From the NCBI RefSeq assembly GCF_003918875.1, contig NW_025766002.1:9362001-9426000 (forward strand): a stretch of DNA of 64,000 nt. Reading direction: 5' to 3'. This document shows, piece after piece, positions 61,575 to 64,000 of the stretch. The first letter of the stretch is position 1. Each line of letters begins with the position of its first letter. The DNA comes from Haliotis rubra (lineage: Eukaryota). The notes under the pieces are model-generated. The model made no database searches and was not told the origin of the DNA. It saw only the letters and a program-made list of their open reading frames with translations. Both the position numbers and the translations under genes were made by a program.

Positions 61575-64000
61575 GCTGCCAAGGATGTGAGTAGACCTAC
61601 TTTCTACAAGTCATGTCTAAACCAAATGATTGCGCTTGATAACCGCTTGTTGTTGCCTACTGACATTCACCATTCTAGTAGCTTACCGGCTGCATCATCG
61701 GAGCAGGTCGCTGTGTTCGATGGCAGCTCCGCTCTAAGAAGAGGTCATCTACTTCAATCGATAACCTCATCGCGAGTCGAAGAAGAAGAGGGCAAAGTCT
61801 TCCCAGAAGAAGAAGTCGCAAACTTCTGGCACTCGTCTTCTCATGGGGCAGCACTTCCAGACGAGGTCTTTTGCTACTGAGATCATCCCAGCAGATGAAG
61901 TAGACATTTATGATGAGCCTCCCATCCTCATCCCTGAAGTGCCAGTGAGGAAGAAGACGAGGTCTTCATCTACAGCAACAGCAGCAGTCATCACAACGCA
62001 GACATAAGATAGTGATGGCAGTTCGTCACAAGTGATGCAGTCCTGGGCGAAGCCTCGACACTTTCAGATGCATCGTCCCCGCAGTGCAGCAGCAGCAGCA
62101 GCAGTCGTCTGCGTCGCAGAATTTCAACCCTGGGGTCTTCATGCAGCAGTTTACACAGCAGATGATGAGCCAAGATTCCGATAGTGACACATCGAAAAGC
62201 AGCCTGCAGATCACAGCCTCCACCGATGACAGCAGCCTGCATCGGCACTTAAGCATGCGCGGCAGCACTGCCGCTGGCACTTATGAGGTATGCGCTACAG
62301 AAGCATCCGGGCGAGGAAGCTCGCATGGAAGATGGAAGCATTCGTGAAGGACGGAAGCATGCACAAAAGCACTTCAGAAAGAGGAGGAAGCCTGGGCGCG
62401 GAAGCTTATCGAAGCATTCACTAAGGGGAAGGAGGAAGCCATGCGCTGAAGAGGAAGCATGAAAAGGATCGCACACTCTACGATGTACTAGGACACCTTC
62501 ACCACAGGAGCATTCGTGAAGGAACAGAACCAGACATTCACTGGATCATCGCCCGATCATCCTCCTCTGATATGGACAGCCATCAAGGAGCATTCGAGAC
62601 AGGTCTCCACGCCAGATCTCCACAGGACTCCACGGAGGTCTCCACGCCAGACTCCACGCAGGAAAGAATCACAGTGGCAACCATCTCCTGAACGGTACCC
62701 TAAATCCAAAGATGACGGAGAAATTATATTTTCCAACACAGAAATTAAATCCTGATGGCAAATGGACTAGAACTTGCATCACCTTCCAAAAGAGGATAAT
62801 GAAGCGTTTACATACAAGATGTACAACTTAGGACTTTGACACACTCCTACTCTTCCACCCATCGATCCGGGTCGCAGATGTACCAGGGAATCTCAGCACA
62901 GCTTTCAGGAAAGCAACGAATTCCAGAGTCAGAGCGCCCCACCATTCAACGCTAAGAAGTTCTTCTTCACCATATGGAACCCTTTAAGAAGGCATCAGAA
63001 ATAGAATGAGAACTACAAGATCATCAACTAATTCTGAACCAGGAATTACAAAGTTGGAAGACAAGAAGTTGGCACAACTAGACACAACTACCAGACGACA
63101 TTCTTTGACTAGCCAGGTCAAGAGCCATCAATGAAACCTCATCGCTAAGTTTAGAACTTGACCTCGAAGAAGATAGAATGATCTACTCGCATTACTAACA
63201 CAGAAGAAAGATCATCAGTTCATGTCTGAACATCTGGCATCTACATCAGCAGGATTGACACTGTTAAGAAGACAAGGATTATTATCTTCCTGTACGTGGA
63301 GTGAACGCTTCACCAAGTCACTATACAGAGCTCCGCGGGTCAGCACCATCTATCTTTGCAGGGGAATTTGAGGACGTGGCCAAGGAAGTAACCAAAGAAT
63401 CAAGGGAGGTAATGATGATCAAGTCCATCGACACACTAGCTAGTGTTATCCGTCAGACCTCACAACGCTACTCAGGAAAGTCAAGTTCACAGGAATACAA
63501 AGAGCCAGGAAAAAAGAAATACGGCAGCTCCAGAGGAGGCAAGGATTCTTTTCGCCTCCCAGCTGGAGCTCCTAGAGGTAACCCCGAAGAGGCAGGGCAT
63601 CCAGAGCTACCAGAAACTTTAGACGCTGAAGGACGGGTTCGAACGACTGGAGTCTTCCAACCCCCAGCCGTTCCCATACAACCTTCAACAGTGGGTGGAT
63701 CGCCTACAACGCTACTGGAAGAATTGGGGAATTCTTCAGGAAGACTACGCATCCCAGATCCTACTCAGAGGATACAAGATACAACTAAAAGCAGTACCTA
63801 CCATTGACAAGCAACTCTCTGGCCCACAACTATGCTGCTGACCAGAGGGAGAATCTACTTGACGCTTATCACAACTCTACCTCGGAAGGAGGCTTATCAA
63901 AGAAATAAAACAGGAATTCACACCGATTGTTTTTGCTCCCCAATCTTCTTAGTACCAAAGAAAAAAATTCCAGGGAAAAGTTCCACTTATATACAACATG
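61575..64000 (+). mobile_element. decayed DIRS1-like tyrosine-recombinase retrotransposon (gag-like ORF1 and start of RT), runs off window
   Basis: From 63691 VGG/(frameshift)RLQRYWKNW...QILLRGYKIQL and CSPIFLVPKKK match the DIRS1 ORF2 N-terminus and first RT motif; upstream S/R/Q-rich low-complexity gag with LLRRQGLL and IFAG; many stops and frameshifts. Confidence 0.82.

Overview
AT-rich eukaryotic draft-assembly DNA with three N gaps. The SINE repertoire suggests a mollusc, possibly a gastropod such as abalone (inference). No conserved host protein domain is recognisable, and most ORFs in the track are repeat or gap artefacts. The window holds three abundant SINE-like families that share one 3' tail, hAT-type and PIF/Harbinger-type MITEs, two LINE 3' fragments, about 17 minisatellites, and the 5' part of a decayed DIRS1-like retrotransposon at the right end. 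A multi-exon minus-strand transcript (about 36.8 to 23.7 kb; orphan protein or lncRNA) is plausible from splice signals only. Two items stand out. (1) Four dispersed 185-194 bp elements carry 9-bp target-site duplications (8 bp visible in one copy), TAG..CTA-type ends made of short hairpins instead of long TIRs, and an invariant internal TCTAGACTTGC inside a structurally conserved helix; they look Academ-like. (2) A SINE-like family has a covarying, pseudoknot-capable 5' structure instead of a tRNA head, which is a candidate ribozyme or processing element.
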